Source: Hypanus sabinus (lineage: Eukaryota). Taken from it: a stretch of 64,000 bases of DNA. Below the pieces are notes generated by a model. It searched no databases. It worked only from the letters and a program-made list of their open reading frames with translations, and had not been told where the DNA came from. The DNA is taken from assembly GCF_030144855.1 (NCBI RefSeq), contig NC_082734.1:14322001-14386000 (forward strand). The letters run 5' to 3'. How positions within the stretch are numbered: position 1 is the stretch's first letter; each line of letters begins with the position of its first letter. Of the stretch, positions 50,282 to 63,233 are shown in pieces. Position numbers and translations under genes: made by a program.

Positions 50282-51450
50282 AACACACTATATAGTTAGA
50301 CCTAATCTCCAGACTTTCTGACCAGGAAGGGACCTGGTGCATCTACAGTCAACAGGCTCTGAGTTTACAATAACAAATGACCTGTACATTTCAGAGCTCC
50401 TTCTGTTGAAGTATGGCACTCCTAAACAAAATGCTGTGCTTACAAAGCTGTTTCAGTGAATAATACTGTCTGGTGTCCCATGACAACTTCAACAACAAAT
50501 TTATGGAAGGAAGCACAGAAGTAAAACAAAAGGTCAGCCAAGCCCAACAAAGCAGTTAAAGAAACCTGGAGAGTACTTCTTTTGTTCAAAGTTCTTGTTT
50601 ATTAATTGATAGGTTGTAAATACTTTTGATTTATTTTTTTAAATGTTTACCTGATTGTTGGTTCGCTCTTGTCATTTGCTGAATGCAACTTTATCCTTCC
50701 GTATCCAGTCTCCTGCCAGTTACCAGTCATTTGTTCCCACTGTCCATAATGGCTTCGGTTTGGCAGTGCTTCAGTTTATCATTCTCATTTTGATTTCAAA
50801 TCTCTCCAGGACTTCAGCCTTACTTTTACTGTGACTTCCTTTATCTCCAAATCTGGCAACTTGGTCATTCTGCATTTTATTTACTTCACTATGGCCGGCC
50901 GATCCTTGGTCCTAAATGCTGGAATTCCTTCCCTATATAGATATTAATATATTCAACAAACTTGCCTCATTTTCCAACCGGGTTGATCAGCTAACATAAT
51001 ACTCCCAATGATAAAAGCAGAGAATGATGGAAATGTTCATCAGGGCTACAAACATAAATAAAATGGACCAAATGGCCTCCTGCCATTGTAGGATCCTATT
51101 CATCAGGCACCTCACAATGCATTGCCTTGAGCAATTCATCCCCAATCTCTGCAGTGGTAGATTATGCAGGAGAGTCCTTTTGTGGGCATTGGCATTTGTA
51201 TGAAATGATTATGCCATGGGTGCATGATATTGGAGTCAGGGACCTGGAGTCAGATGGGACATCAGAGGATGGGATCTGGAGGGCGATGGGATATCATTAA
51301 GAATTCTCAACATGCAGGACATATACTACCTTATTTTTGAACTATTTATTTCTATAATTTATAGACTTTCATTGTTTTGTTGTACTGTACTACTGTTGTA
51401 AAACAATTTTTTCATCATATGTCTGTGACAAAAATCTGATCCTGATTCTA

Positions 51451-54400
51451 AGTGTGATGGGATATAGGGAGGCTGGGACCCAGAGTGTGTTGGGATATAG
51501 GGAGGCTGGGACCTGGAGTATGATGGGATATAGGGGTCTGGGACCTGGAGTGTGATGGGATATAGGGAGGCTGGGACCCAGAGTGTGTTGGGATATAGGG
51601 AGGCTGGGACCTGGAGTATGATGGGATATAGGGGTCTGGGACCTGGAGTGTGATGGGATATAGGGGTCTGGGACCCGGTGTGTGTTGGGATATAGGGGTC
51701 TGGGACCCGGTGTTTGTTGGGATACGGGAGTCTGGGACCTGGAGTGTGATGGGATATAGGGGTCTGGGACCTGGAGTGTGATGGGATATAGGGGTCTGGG
51801 ACCCAGAGTGTGTTGGGATAAGGGAGGCTGGGACCTGGAGTGTGTTGGGATATAGGGGTCTGGGACCCGGTGTGTGTTGGGATATAGGGGTCTGGGACCT
51901 CGAGTGTGTTGGGATAAGGGAGGCTGGGACCTGGAGTGTGTTGGGATATAGGGGTCTGGGACCTGGAGTGTGATGGGATATAGGGAGGCTGGGACCCAGA
52001 GTGTGTTGGGATATAGGGAGGCTGGGACCCAGAGTATGTTGGGATATAGGGGTCTGGGACCCGGTGTGTGTTGGGATATAGGGGTCTGGGACCCGGTGTT
52101 TGTTGGGATACGGGAGTCTGGGACCTGGAGTGTGATGGGATATAGGGGTCTGGGACCTGGAGTGTGATGGGATATAGGGGTCTGGGACCCAGAGTGTGTT
52201 GGGATAAGGGAGGCTGGGACCTGGAGTGTGTTGGGATATAGGGGTCTGGGACCCGGTGTGTGTTGGGATATAGGGGTCTGGGACCTCGAGTGTGTTGGGA
52301 TAAGGGAGGCTGGGACCTGGAGTGTGTTGGGATATAGGGGTCTGGGACCTGGAGTGTGTTGGGATATAGGGAGGCTGGGACCCAGAGTGTGTTGGGATAT
52401 AGGGGTCTGGGACCCGGTGTGTGTTGGGATATAGGGGTCTGGGACCCGGTGTTTGTTGGGATACGGGAGTCTGGGACCTGGAGTGTGATGGGATAAGGGA
52501 GGCTGGGACCCAGAGTATGTTGGGATATAGGGGTCTGGGACCCGGTGTGTGTTGGGATATAGGGGTCTGGGACCCGGTGTTTGTTGGGATATAGGGGTCT
52601 GGGACCCGGTGTTTGTTGGGATACGGGAGTCTGGGACCTGGAGTGTGATGGGATAAGGGAGGCTGGGACCCAGAGTATGTTGGGATATAGGGGTCTGGGA
52701 CCCGGTGTGTGTTGGGATATAGGGGTCTGGGACCCGGTGTTTGTTGGGATACGGGAGTCTGGGACCTGGAGTGTGATGGGATATAGGGGTCTGGGACCTG
52801 GAGTGTGTTGGGATATAGGGGTCTGGGACCTGGAGTGTGATGGGATATAGGAGTCTGGGACCTGGAGTGTGATGGGATATAGGAGTCTGGGACCTGGAGT
52901 GTGATGGGATATAGGGGTTTGGGACCCGGAGTGTGATGGGATAAGAGAGGCTGGGACCTGGAGTGTGATGGGATATAGGGGTCTGGGACCTGGAGTGTGT
53001 TGGGATAAGGGAGGCTGGGGCCCAGAGTGTGATGGGATACAGGGGTCTGGGACCAGGAGTTTGTTGGGATACGGGAGTCTGGGACCTGGAGTGTGATGGG
53101 ATTTAGGGGTCTGGGACCTGGAGTGTGATGGGATATAGGAGTCTGGGACCTGGAGTGTGATGGGATATAGGAGTCTGGGACCTGGTGTGATGGGATATAG
53201 GGGTCTGGGACCCGGAGTGTGATGGGATATAGGGGTCTGGGACCAGGAGTGTGATGGGATACGGGAGTCTGGGACCTGGAGTGTGATGGGATTTAGGGGT
53301 CTGGGACCTCGAGTGTGTTGGGATAAGGGAGGCTGGGACCTGGAGTGTGATGGGATATAGGGGTCTGGGACCTCGAGTGTGTTGGGATAAGGGAGGCTGG
53401 GACCTGGAGTGTGATGGGATATAGGGGTCTCTGACCTGGAGTGTGTTGGGATAAGGGAGGCTGGGACCCAGAGTGTGATGGGATATAGGGGTTGGGACCC
53501 GGAGTGTGATGGGATATAGGGGTCTGGGACCTGGAGTGTGTTGGGATAAGGGAGGCTGGGACCCAGAGTGTGATGGGATATAGGGGTCTGGGACCTGGAG
53601 TTTGTTGGGATACGGGAGTCTGGGACCTGGAGTGTGATGGGATATAGGGGTCTGGGACCTGGAGTGTGATGGGATAAGGGAGGCTGGGACCCGGAGTGTG
53701 TTGGGATACGGGAGTCTGGGACCTGGAGTATGATGGGATATACGGGTCTGGGACCTGGAGTGTGATGGGATATAGGGGTCTGGGACCTCGAGTGTGTTGG
53801 GATAAGGGAGGCTGGGACCTGGAGTGTGATGGGATATAGGGGTCTGGGACCTGGAGTGTGTTGGGATAAGGGAGGCTGGGACCCAGAGTGTGATGGGATA
53901 TAGGGGTTGGGACCCGGAGTGTGATGGGATATAGGGGTCTTGGGACCTGGAGTGTGATGGGATATAGGGGTCTGGGACCTGGAGTGTGATGGGATATAGG
54001 GGTCTGGGACCTTGAGTGTGTTGGGATAAGGGAGGCTGGGACCTGGAGTGTGATGGGATATAGGGGTCTGGGACCTGGAGTGTGTTGGGATAAGGGAGGC
54101 TGGGACCCAGAGTGTGATGGGATGTAGGGGTCTGGGACCCGGAGTTTGTTGGGATACGGGAGTTTGGGACCTGGAGTGTGATGGGATATAGGGGTCTGGG
54201 ACCTGGAGTGTGATGGGATATAGGGGTCTGGGACCTGGAGTGTGATGGGATAAGGGAGGCTGGGACCCGGAGTGTGTTGGGATTTGGGAGTCTGGGACCT
54301 GGAGTATGATGGGATATAGGGGTCTGGGACCCGGAGTGTGTTGGGATACCGGAGTCTGGGACCTGGAGTGTGATGGGATATAGGGGTCTGGGACCTGGAG

Positions 54401-54541
54401 TGTGATGGGATAAGGGAGGCTGGGACCCGGAGTGTGATGGGATACGGGAGTCTGGGACCTGGAGTGTGATGGGATAAGGGAGGCTGGGACCCGGAGTGTG
54501 ATGGGATATAGGGGTCTGGGACCTGGAGTGTGTTGGGATAC
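51451..54541. repeat. G-rich minisatellite, 32-bp unit, ~96 copies
   Basis: Consensus ctgggacctggagtgtgatgggatataggggt with 33-bp and substitution variants. Confidence 0.98.
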
Positions 54542-55429
54542 GGAAGTCTGTGTGCTTTTCACGTCCAGATTCATCGCTCAAGGCAGAAGTTCCTCTGGAT
54601 CTCCTGAGCCTCTTTACAAGAGGAACATCCTTTCTCTATATGGCAATCAAATCCCTTTGTTAAAGATCAGATTCACTTTATTTGACACATGTACAACAAA
54701 ATGCATCATTTGCTTCAAGTGTAATCAGCGAGGATTGTGCTGGGCAGCCCGTAAATGTTGCCATGCTTCCAACGGCAACATATCATGCCCACAGCTCACT
54801 AAGCCGAACTCTATATCTTCGGAATGTGGGAGGAAACCAGAGCATGTGGAGTAAACCCACACGGTCAAGATCAGGAATTGAACCCTGATCTTACAGGCTA
54901 GGCTGGTGCTGTAAAGCGATTGCTGCCATGCCATCCTAAATGCCAATATTTTATTAACCCCTTGAACCACTCTTTTTTAATCCGTGAGCTAGGTTTCAAT
55001 GCATCAGGCATGACAACATGAAAGCCTCTCCACTCCTTCATATTTTGATCTTCTTCAGCATTAAGAAAATATTCTGATCTATCTTTTCAGATTGAGAAAC
55101 ACGACCTCACATTGCAAGTCACTGACCTGTATCTGCCGTGCCCTTACCCACTAACTCTGTCTGCATCTTATTGTAGCTCTCTGCTCTGACTTTTTATTTC
55201 TATCTTTGTATTAAAAGAGGATTCTGCTGTGTCATCGGTCATCCATCAATGCAGTGAGAAGGTGAGGATCAATTACTGCCACCTGGTGTTCAACATTCAC
55301 CACACTCTACCCACAAGGATGCTACATCTTCCGATCCTTTGTCACCACTGTAAGGATTTGATTTCATGCTTTACCAGCAGAGTCTCCTCACCCACTCTGC
55401 CACCTGCCTGTCCTTTCAATACTGCCCCA

Positions 55430-56090
55430 TCCTCAGCACTATTACTCCAGTTTCAACCCCCCCTTGCCAAATTCATTTAAACCCTCCCCAACAGCTCTAG
55501 CAAACCTGCCCACAAGGATATTGGTCCCTCTCAAGTTCAGATATAATCTGTCCTTTTTGTACAAATTATACCTTACCCAAAAGAGATCTCAATGATCCAG
55601 AGATCTGAAACCCTGCTCCCTCCAACCAATTCCTCAGCTGTGCCAAATCATTATATTTTCACCCTCACTGGCATGCGGCACAGGCTGTAATGCAGAGATT
55701 ACTACCTTGGAGGTCCTTCTTTTCAGATCTCTACCTAGCTCCCGATATTCTTTCTTCAGGACTTCCTCTCTTTTCCTACCTATGTCATTGGTACCATATG
55801 CCCCACGATTTCTGGCTGTTCAGCCTCCCCTTTAGAAATCTATTGATTGATCCGAGACATCCTTGACCCTGGCAGCTGGGAGGCAACATACCATCTGGGT
55901 GTCTCTGTCACGTCCCCAGAATCTGCTTTCTGCTCCTCTAATTATGAATTCCCTTTTCACTACTGCACTCCTCTTCACCCTCCTTCCCTTCTGAGCCACA
56001 GAGCCACACTCACTCCAGAGACCTGGTCGCTGAGGCTTCCCCCGGTAGGTCATCCCACCCAACAGTATCCAAAGCGGTATACTTATAATC
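55430..56090 (-). mobile_element. CR1 ORF1 (SGNH esterase) fragment
   Basis: Minus ORF AVVKREFIIRG..FWGRDRDTQMVCCLPAARVKDVS (cf. VIGDSIIRG..VCCLPGARV). Confidence 0.75.
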
Positions 56091-56194
56091 GGGGGATTAC
56101 TGATGCCTTTTCTATCTTCATTGTAATTTGTAGCCCAAACCCTGGCTACTGTTAGGAGGCATGTATATAACTCCCATCTTTTTACCCTTCAGGC

Positions 56195-58240
56195 ATATGA
56201 AAAGAACAATGTTGCAATAATCATGGGGGATTTCAATATGTACGTAGATTGGGAAAATCTGTTTGGTGCTAGATGCCTATGAGCTGGCTTTTTAGAGTAG
56301 CTTGTTGTTGATCCCATTAGGGGAACAGCAATTCTGGATTGGGTGTTATGTAATGACCCAGATTTGTTTAGGGAACTTAAGGTAAAGGAACCCTTAGGAG
56401 ACAGTGATCATAATATGATAGAATTCTCCCAGCAGTTTGACAGGGAGAAGATAAAATCAAATGTATTGGTGTTACTGTGGAATAAAGGGAATTACAGTTG
56501 CATGAGAGAGGAGCTGGCCAAAGTTGATTGGAAGGGGACACACAGGGATGACAGCACAACAGCAATAGCTGGTGCTTCTGGGAGAAATTCAGAAGGTCCA
56601 AGAACGATACACCCTAAAATGAAAACATATTCTAAAGGAAGGATGAGGCAACTGTGGCTGACAAAGTAAGTCAAAGGCAGCACAAAAGCAAAAGAGGGGG
56701 CATATAACATAGCAAAAATTAGGAAGGCAGAGGATTAGGAAGCTTTTAAAATCAATGGAAGGCCAGAGAGAAAAGATGAAATATAAGCAAGCCAATAATA
56801 TTTTAAAAATATATTTTTTTCTGATATATATCAGAAGTAAAAGAGATGAGAGTGGGTTTTGAACTGCTAGAAAATGATGCTGTTGAGGTAATGGGGGACA
56901 AATGGCAGAAGAACTTAATAAGTATTTTGCATCAGTCTTCATTGTGGAAAATACTAGCAGAATGCCAGAAGGTGAGAGTGTCGGGGGCAATAGTGGGTGG
57001 CATTGCTATTACTAAGTAGAAGGTGCTTGGGAATCTGAAAAGCCTGAAGGTAGACAAATCAGCTGGACCAGATGACTGCACCCAAGGATTATGAAAGTGG
57101 TAGCTGAAAAGATTGTGGAGGCATTAGTAATGATCTTTCAAGAATCACTAGGTTCTGGAATGGTTAATTGCAAACGTCATGGAGAGAGGCAGAAGAAAGG
57201 AAATTATAGGCCGGTTAGCCTGACTTCAGTGATTGGGAAGATGTTGGAGTCAAAGATTAAGGATGAGGTTTCAGGGTACTTGGAGGCACATGGTAAAAAC
57301 AGGCCCAAGTCAGCATGGTTTCCTTAAGGGGAAAGCTTGCCTTACAAATCTGTTTGAATTCTCTGAGGAAATAACAGGCAGGATAGATAAAAGAGAGTTA
57401 GTATACATTTTTTACTTGTTGTTTCAGAAAGCCTTTGACAAAGTGCCACACATAAGACTGCTTAACGAGTTTAAGAGCCCATGGAATTACAGAAAAGGTA
57501 CTAGCATGGATAAAAGGCTGACTGGCAGGAGGTAAAGCGTGATTATAAAGGGGGTCTTTTCTGGTTGACTGCTGATGACTAGTGGTGTGCTGCAGGGATC
57601 GGTGTTTTTGACCGCTTCTTTTCGTGTTGTATTTATCTGTAGACAGGTTTGCAGATGATACTAAGATAAGTGGAGGAATAAGTAGTGTTGAGGAAGCACA
57701 GAATCTGCAAAAGGACTTAGACAGATTAGGGGAATGAACAAGCTAGGGTTTTTCTCTTTGGAGTGAAGGTGAATGAAAGGCAATAGAGACAAAGGTGCAT
57801 GAGAGGCACACATAGAGCAGACAGCCAGTGTCTTATTCCCAGGGTGGCTATTGCTAATACAAGAAGCCATACTTTTAAGGCAGTTGTAGAAAAGTATAGG
57901 GAGGATGACAGGGGTATACAAAATGATAAGAAGCCTTGATTGAGAAGATAGCCAGAGACTTTCTCCCAGGGCAGAATTGCGAGGGGGCATAATTTTAAAG
58001 TGTTTGGAGGAAAGTATAGTGGGGATGTCAAAGGTAAATTATTATTTTTTTTTACACAGCGTGTGATGGGTCCATGGAGCATGCTCCCAGGGGTGGTTGG
58101 TGATAGAGGTAGATTTATTGAGAATTTGAAAGGCACATGGGTGGTTAAAACAAATGGACTATTTGGGAGTGAATGGTCAGATTGATCTTAGAGTGGGTTA
58201 TAAGGTTGGTTTTGTGGGCCGAAGGGCCTGTAATGTTCAA
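56195..58240 (+). mobile_element. CR1 ORF2 (endonuclease C-term + RT) with internal deletions
   Basis: IMGDFN, VKEPLGDSDHNMIEF, GNYRPVSLTSVIGKMLE, QHGFLKGKACLTNL, FQKAFDKVPH, RFADDT. Confidence 0.9.
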
Positions 58241-61200
58241 TGTTTTTTGTTCCCTTTACCTGTCCCTAACAACGAATTCCAACATCGCCATTGCATAGTC
58301 TTTATTACATCAACTTCTTCCCTCTTCCTTTCCAGTCCTGTTGGAAGTCCCTCAGCTGAAAACGTCAACTGTTTATTTCTTTCCATAGATGCTGACTGAC
58401 CTGTTGAGTTCTTGCAGTATTTTGTGTGTGTTGCTCTGGGTTTCCTGTCAAGAAACATAGAGGAGGCTTGACCCAAAAGCAGAGCAGCGGAAACAATTCA
58501 GCAGTGAAGCATTCCTTTGATAATCAAATGCAAAATAACAAGCCACACAGGGCCACAAAACTAGAGAGAACGGATACTAAACTCACAGGTAACAAGGTAA
58601 CGGAGGCTAGGAGCAACTAGCTGGTTTGATGGGTGAACAAGTTCGTGGATGAGAGCTGGGTTTAAATAGGCTGCAGGAGATGAGTTGGAAATGAGTGGCA
58701 AGTGTTTCCTGTTAGCTGGGTGGAGACTGGAAGGTGACTACCTGTGCAGGTCTGACATTTCCGACATCTACAGGGGGTTCCCAACCTTTTTTATGCCATG
58801 GACCAACACCATTAACCAAGGGATTCGTGGGTGTGTTTTACTGCTCAACATTGATGCCTTGTTCTCCCTTTTTGTTTGCACTAATTACTTTGCTCTCTGA
58901 TTCTGATGCCTTTGTCCATTGAACAGAAGTGGCATAGAAATTACACTCCTGATTCTGTATTAGAAATTTCCTTGCGATGATGGGAAGAACAACTTCCAGC
59001 CTCATCGTCATAGCTGATGCACTTAAAGCAGGACTACAAAATGAGATCCTGTCGCAGAGGTTTTTAATTTAAAAGTCTGTTTAAAAATACATTTTTGATG
59101 GCCACATATCATCTGCGGCACATTCAGGCTGAGTTGGAGGAGACTTTCCACTTGATTTCCCAGGCTCCCAGCACCCCCTACTGGTACGTTTGTTACAAAT
59201 GTAGAATCTACTGGGTCTCTTTTGATTGGCCAATAAAACTGACACTTGAGGGCCAGCAACACACACAAAACACTGGAAGAATTCAGCAGGCCAGGCAGCA
59301 TCTATGGAAAAGAGCACAGTTGATGTTTCAGGCCAAAACCCTGCTGAAGGGTTTCACATTTTGTGTGTGTTGCTTGAATTTCCAGCATCTGCAGATTTTC
59401 TCTTGTTTATGACCTGAGGTCCAGTATCACTTAACGCCTCCTTTAGGATCATATGATACATAGGTGACCATTCTCCTAGCAGAGCAACCCTGTCAGTCCC
59501 ATCTACCAAGTCTTGTCTCCGCTCAGCCTCTGATACTACTGCCCATTTTGCTGCTGGCGTTTAGGGCAGCAATGAAGATCTGTATGGAAAGATTCTTCAT
59601 TGCTGTTTCTGTAACAATATTTTTTGACTAATCAGGGTTGTTAGTCCTGAGCTGAACCCCCGTACCTGGAGGGTTGGTGGATCACTCTTAGTCTGGCCTC
59701 TACCTTTTGACCCATTTGGCATGGGGGACCCTACCGAGAACCAAAACACAAAGCCCTGACTCCAGCCAACATAGCTCTCCGGGTCATTGAGGTAGGCAAG
59801 CCTCCAATCCCTACAACAAAGTTGTGGTCCTTTTGGAAGTCAGCCACTATAGCTAATAGTTGGCATCTTGGTGAACCTCTTTTGCACCTTCTCCAAAGCC
59901 TCTTCATCCATAACAATAAACACAGGAGATTCTTCAGAAGTTGGAAATACAGAGTAACAGACACATAATGCTGGAGGAACTCAGCAGACCAGACAACATC
60001 TATAAAAAGGAACAGTGATTGGCATTTCAGGCAGGATCCTTCTCCAGTCCTGATAAAGTGGCTCAGTCTGAAGAATCGATTTTTTTTCCTTTTTGTAGAT
60101 GCTGCCTGACTTGCTGAGTTCCTCCAGCGTTTTGTGTGTGTTGCATCAATAACAATGTTTTTCCTACCAAGTTAGTGAGTACTTCAGAACTTGTTTTCCC
60201 TACTTATCAACGGCCCCTTTTTTCCCTCTATTTTATTGTGTGGCTCACTTTATGTAATATTAACATCATAATTAAGCCTTCCGTAGAATATCATAATGAT
60301 GAAAATGATTGCCTCCAGTGTCCACCCAATGTCCCGTAGAAAGTCCCAGATTTCCTTTTTCACCAATTCTACAGTCAGAAAATTTCACTACTAATATTTA
60401 TTAAAAAAAAAGATGCTGCACACATTCCTCTTGCATCTTTTAAAAAGCACCACTGCTATACCATGTTTATATATCTTAATCAAACTGCTTTGCTAAAATT
60501 AAAAAGTATAAAATATTATTTTCAATTTATTTGAAAAACATTTAAAATTAAAACTTACAATATTTTTCCCAGCTCTGTGCCCTGTGTATCTTGATTTTTG
60601 AACCAAAATTACATTGCTCCCATCTCAGGAAGTGCAATGCATGAAATGCATTGATTTAAATATTAGTGTTATTAATGGTGTCTGGAACTGGACGTTGCCC
60701 CTTGATTGCAAATGCATTGACCAAACCAGTTCGCACTCACCCGCTCTCTGGCAAGTAGAGGACTGTAGAATTGAAAGTAAGAAGCTAGGGTGATCTTTTT
60801 GTAAATTTCGATATGTACCTTATGCTAAAACATCCAACTCTATATAAAGTACAACATTCAGGTCAGAACAGTCATGTTATTCCTGTTGAGCAAAGCTAGT
60901 TAGTTACCAAGAGGACCATAAGTTTGTCGTGGTTTGAATGCATGCATGCCTCAATGACCTGGAGAGCTATGATGGCTGGCGTATGGACTTTATGCTTTGG
61001 CTCTTGGTAGGGTCACCCATGCCAACAGGTCAAAGGGTAGAGGCCAAACTAAGAGTGGTCCACCGGTCCTCCAGGCTCAGGGGTTCAGCTCAGGGCTAAC
61101 GACCCTGACTGGTCAGACAAAATTGTTACGGAAACAGCAATGAAGAATCCTTCTACATCTGAGAGCAACGGTATTCCTAAGTCTCCATCCGGGACTTGTG

Positions 61201-62190
61201 TGACTGACAGTAGTGAAAACCGAGAGAAAGCTACAGACGTGTTGAAGGAAGCCCTGAACGCCGCCAGAGATGGAGGACAATCATTGATGTTCTAAATGCC
61301 AGCGGTGTTACAGGCAGAAAATAAGTGATGTATAGATGTGGGGAAATGACCTGTTTTATTGGCAGGCAAAACAAAAATTTTCACTGTACTCCATGCATGT
61401 GACAATAATTAACCTATTTATCAACTGACATCTTCTTGATGCTTATTCATAAGCCATCCAGGAATGGTCATAATAAGATTCCTTACCACAAAGCGCCATC
61501 ATGCTCAGATTCACCAGAACCATCTGAACCCCAGCCTTTGCCATGTCAGTCTTTCATTTATAATTAGAAGCTGGATATATATATCACCATCAAAGTAAAC
61601 TCGTGGGTCCACTGACCTTAGAAGAAGAGTTCTGAGGATTCATGACTCTTCAAGAGGTAAAAAAAAGTTGTCCCATCTCTCTCATGATTGCTTATTGCAA
61701 TACGTATGTACTTTAATAATAAATTTACTTTGAACTTTGAGTTTTAAATATCTGAACCCTTAGTTTGGGATAGTATCCCATCTCCCACAGGAACGGATCA
61801 ATACAGGGTCTTGAAGCCTAGATGTTGACAATTTCTCTATCCACCAATGCTACTAGAACTGCTGAGTTTTCCAACATTTTCTGTTTTTATTTCAGGTTTC
61901 CAGAATCTGCAGTTTTTATTTATCAAAACCATATACCTTGAATATTTCAGAAATAAACATCCTGATTATGACCGTTCGCTTGAATAAATCGTTTAAAAAC
62001 TGCTAACGTCTAAAGCGGTTGACAGTAGTGTGAACCACAAACACGAGAAAATCTGCAGACGCTGGAAATCCTAAGGATCTTGGCTTGAAACGTCGACGGT
62101 TTATTAATTTCTATAGCTGTTTCCTGACCTGCAGGGATCCTCCGGCATTTTGTGTGTTGACAGCAGAGTGTGAAGCGCCAATTAAAATGG

Positions 62191-62209
62191 ACTACATATC
62201 CCAGAGTGC
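62191..62209 (+). promoter_or_regulatory. ZNF143/THAP11-type promoter motif with nearby CCAAT boxes
   Basis: ACTACATATCCCAGAGTGC fits ACTAYRnnnCCCRG..TGC; GCCAAT at ~62177 and ATTGG at ~62256. Confidence 0.6.
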
Positions 62210-63233
62210 TCTGTCAACCCCGGCATGTTTTACCTATTCAATATAAGCCCTGTTCATTGGTTATGGAGGATGGAGGTCTCCTCCAGTAAGGTGGCACCTT
62301 ATTTTGCGATGGCTGTACCTAAGATGGGAGCAATGTGATTTTGGTTCAAAAATCAAGATACACAGATCTGCTGGGGAAAATATTGTAAGTTTTATTTTAA
62401 ATTGTTTTAATATAGATCGAAAATAACAATATTTTGTATTAAGATAAACTGTAAGTTTAATGATGATTGATTGCCCTTCTCTTATGAAAGCCCCCATTCT
62501 GTAACTGATGTCTCTATACCTTCATATTGTGTCAATAATATTTTTAATGCTCTTGCATCGAATTAGTTTTTTTTCTACCTTCTACTTTGGAAATAAAAAC
62601 ATAATATTATTGCCAGAGAGAAGTGAGAGTTGGTTGGCTTTTAAAAGCGTTTGTACTGTTGCTTGGAGCCCGTTTGTGTTTTTTTTTACATTTAATAAAC
62701 TTTATCTTAATGAAAAAATATAAAATAATAAACAGTTCAAAAACTTATTACATTCTCAGTGACATATGGTTAGTTTGTTTCGTAGTGTTAACATCTGTTT
62801 ATAAAAAACAGCCCCATCGCCACTTAGGAATGGAATCTGTTTGATAAAGCTATTGAAACGTTTTATAACTTTGTACAATCACCCTGCACAACTTCTCCTT
62901 TCCTCTGCTCAATAAAATAGACTCTTGAGCTCACAATTTACCTCGACGTAGCCTTGCACATTACTGTGTACCTGCCCCTTTACTGTGACTGTGTTCAGAA
63001 TTCTGCAGGCTGTTGTCTTTCCCTTGCACAAATTTTAAAATGAGCTGTAATGGATGCCATTCAAAATAGTTTATTTTTCCACTGTTCCTCGCTACACGTG
63101 ACAATCATAAAGTAATTGCCGGTGAATAGAAGATGATTGTTCTGAGAAACAACTGATTATTTTGGGCTCTGAAACATGCCCCTGGCTTTTTCATTGCAAT
63201 ATTCAGAGTGCAAATAATGCAGCCAGTACTGTA

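Noticed and set aside
51359-54581. 1071-aa and 492-aa P/S/H/T-rich ORFs on the minus strand
   Set aside because: Translations of a 32-bp minisatellite that lacks stops in all frames; frames interconvert at 33-bp units; no domain or signal peptide. Not a CRISPR array either, since there are no unique spacers
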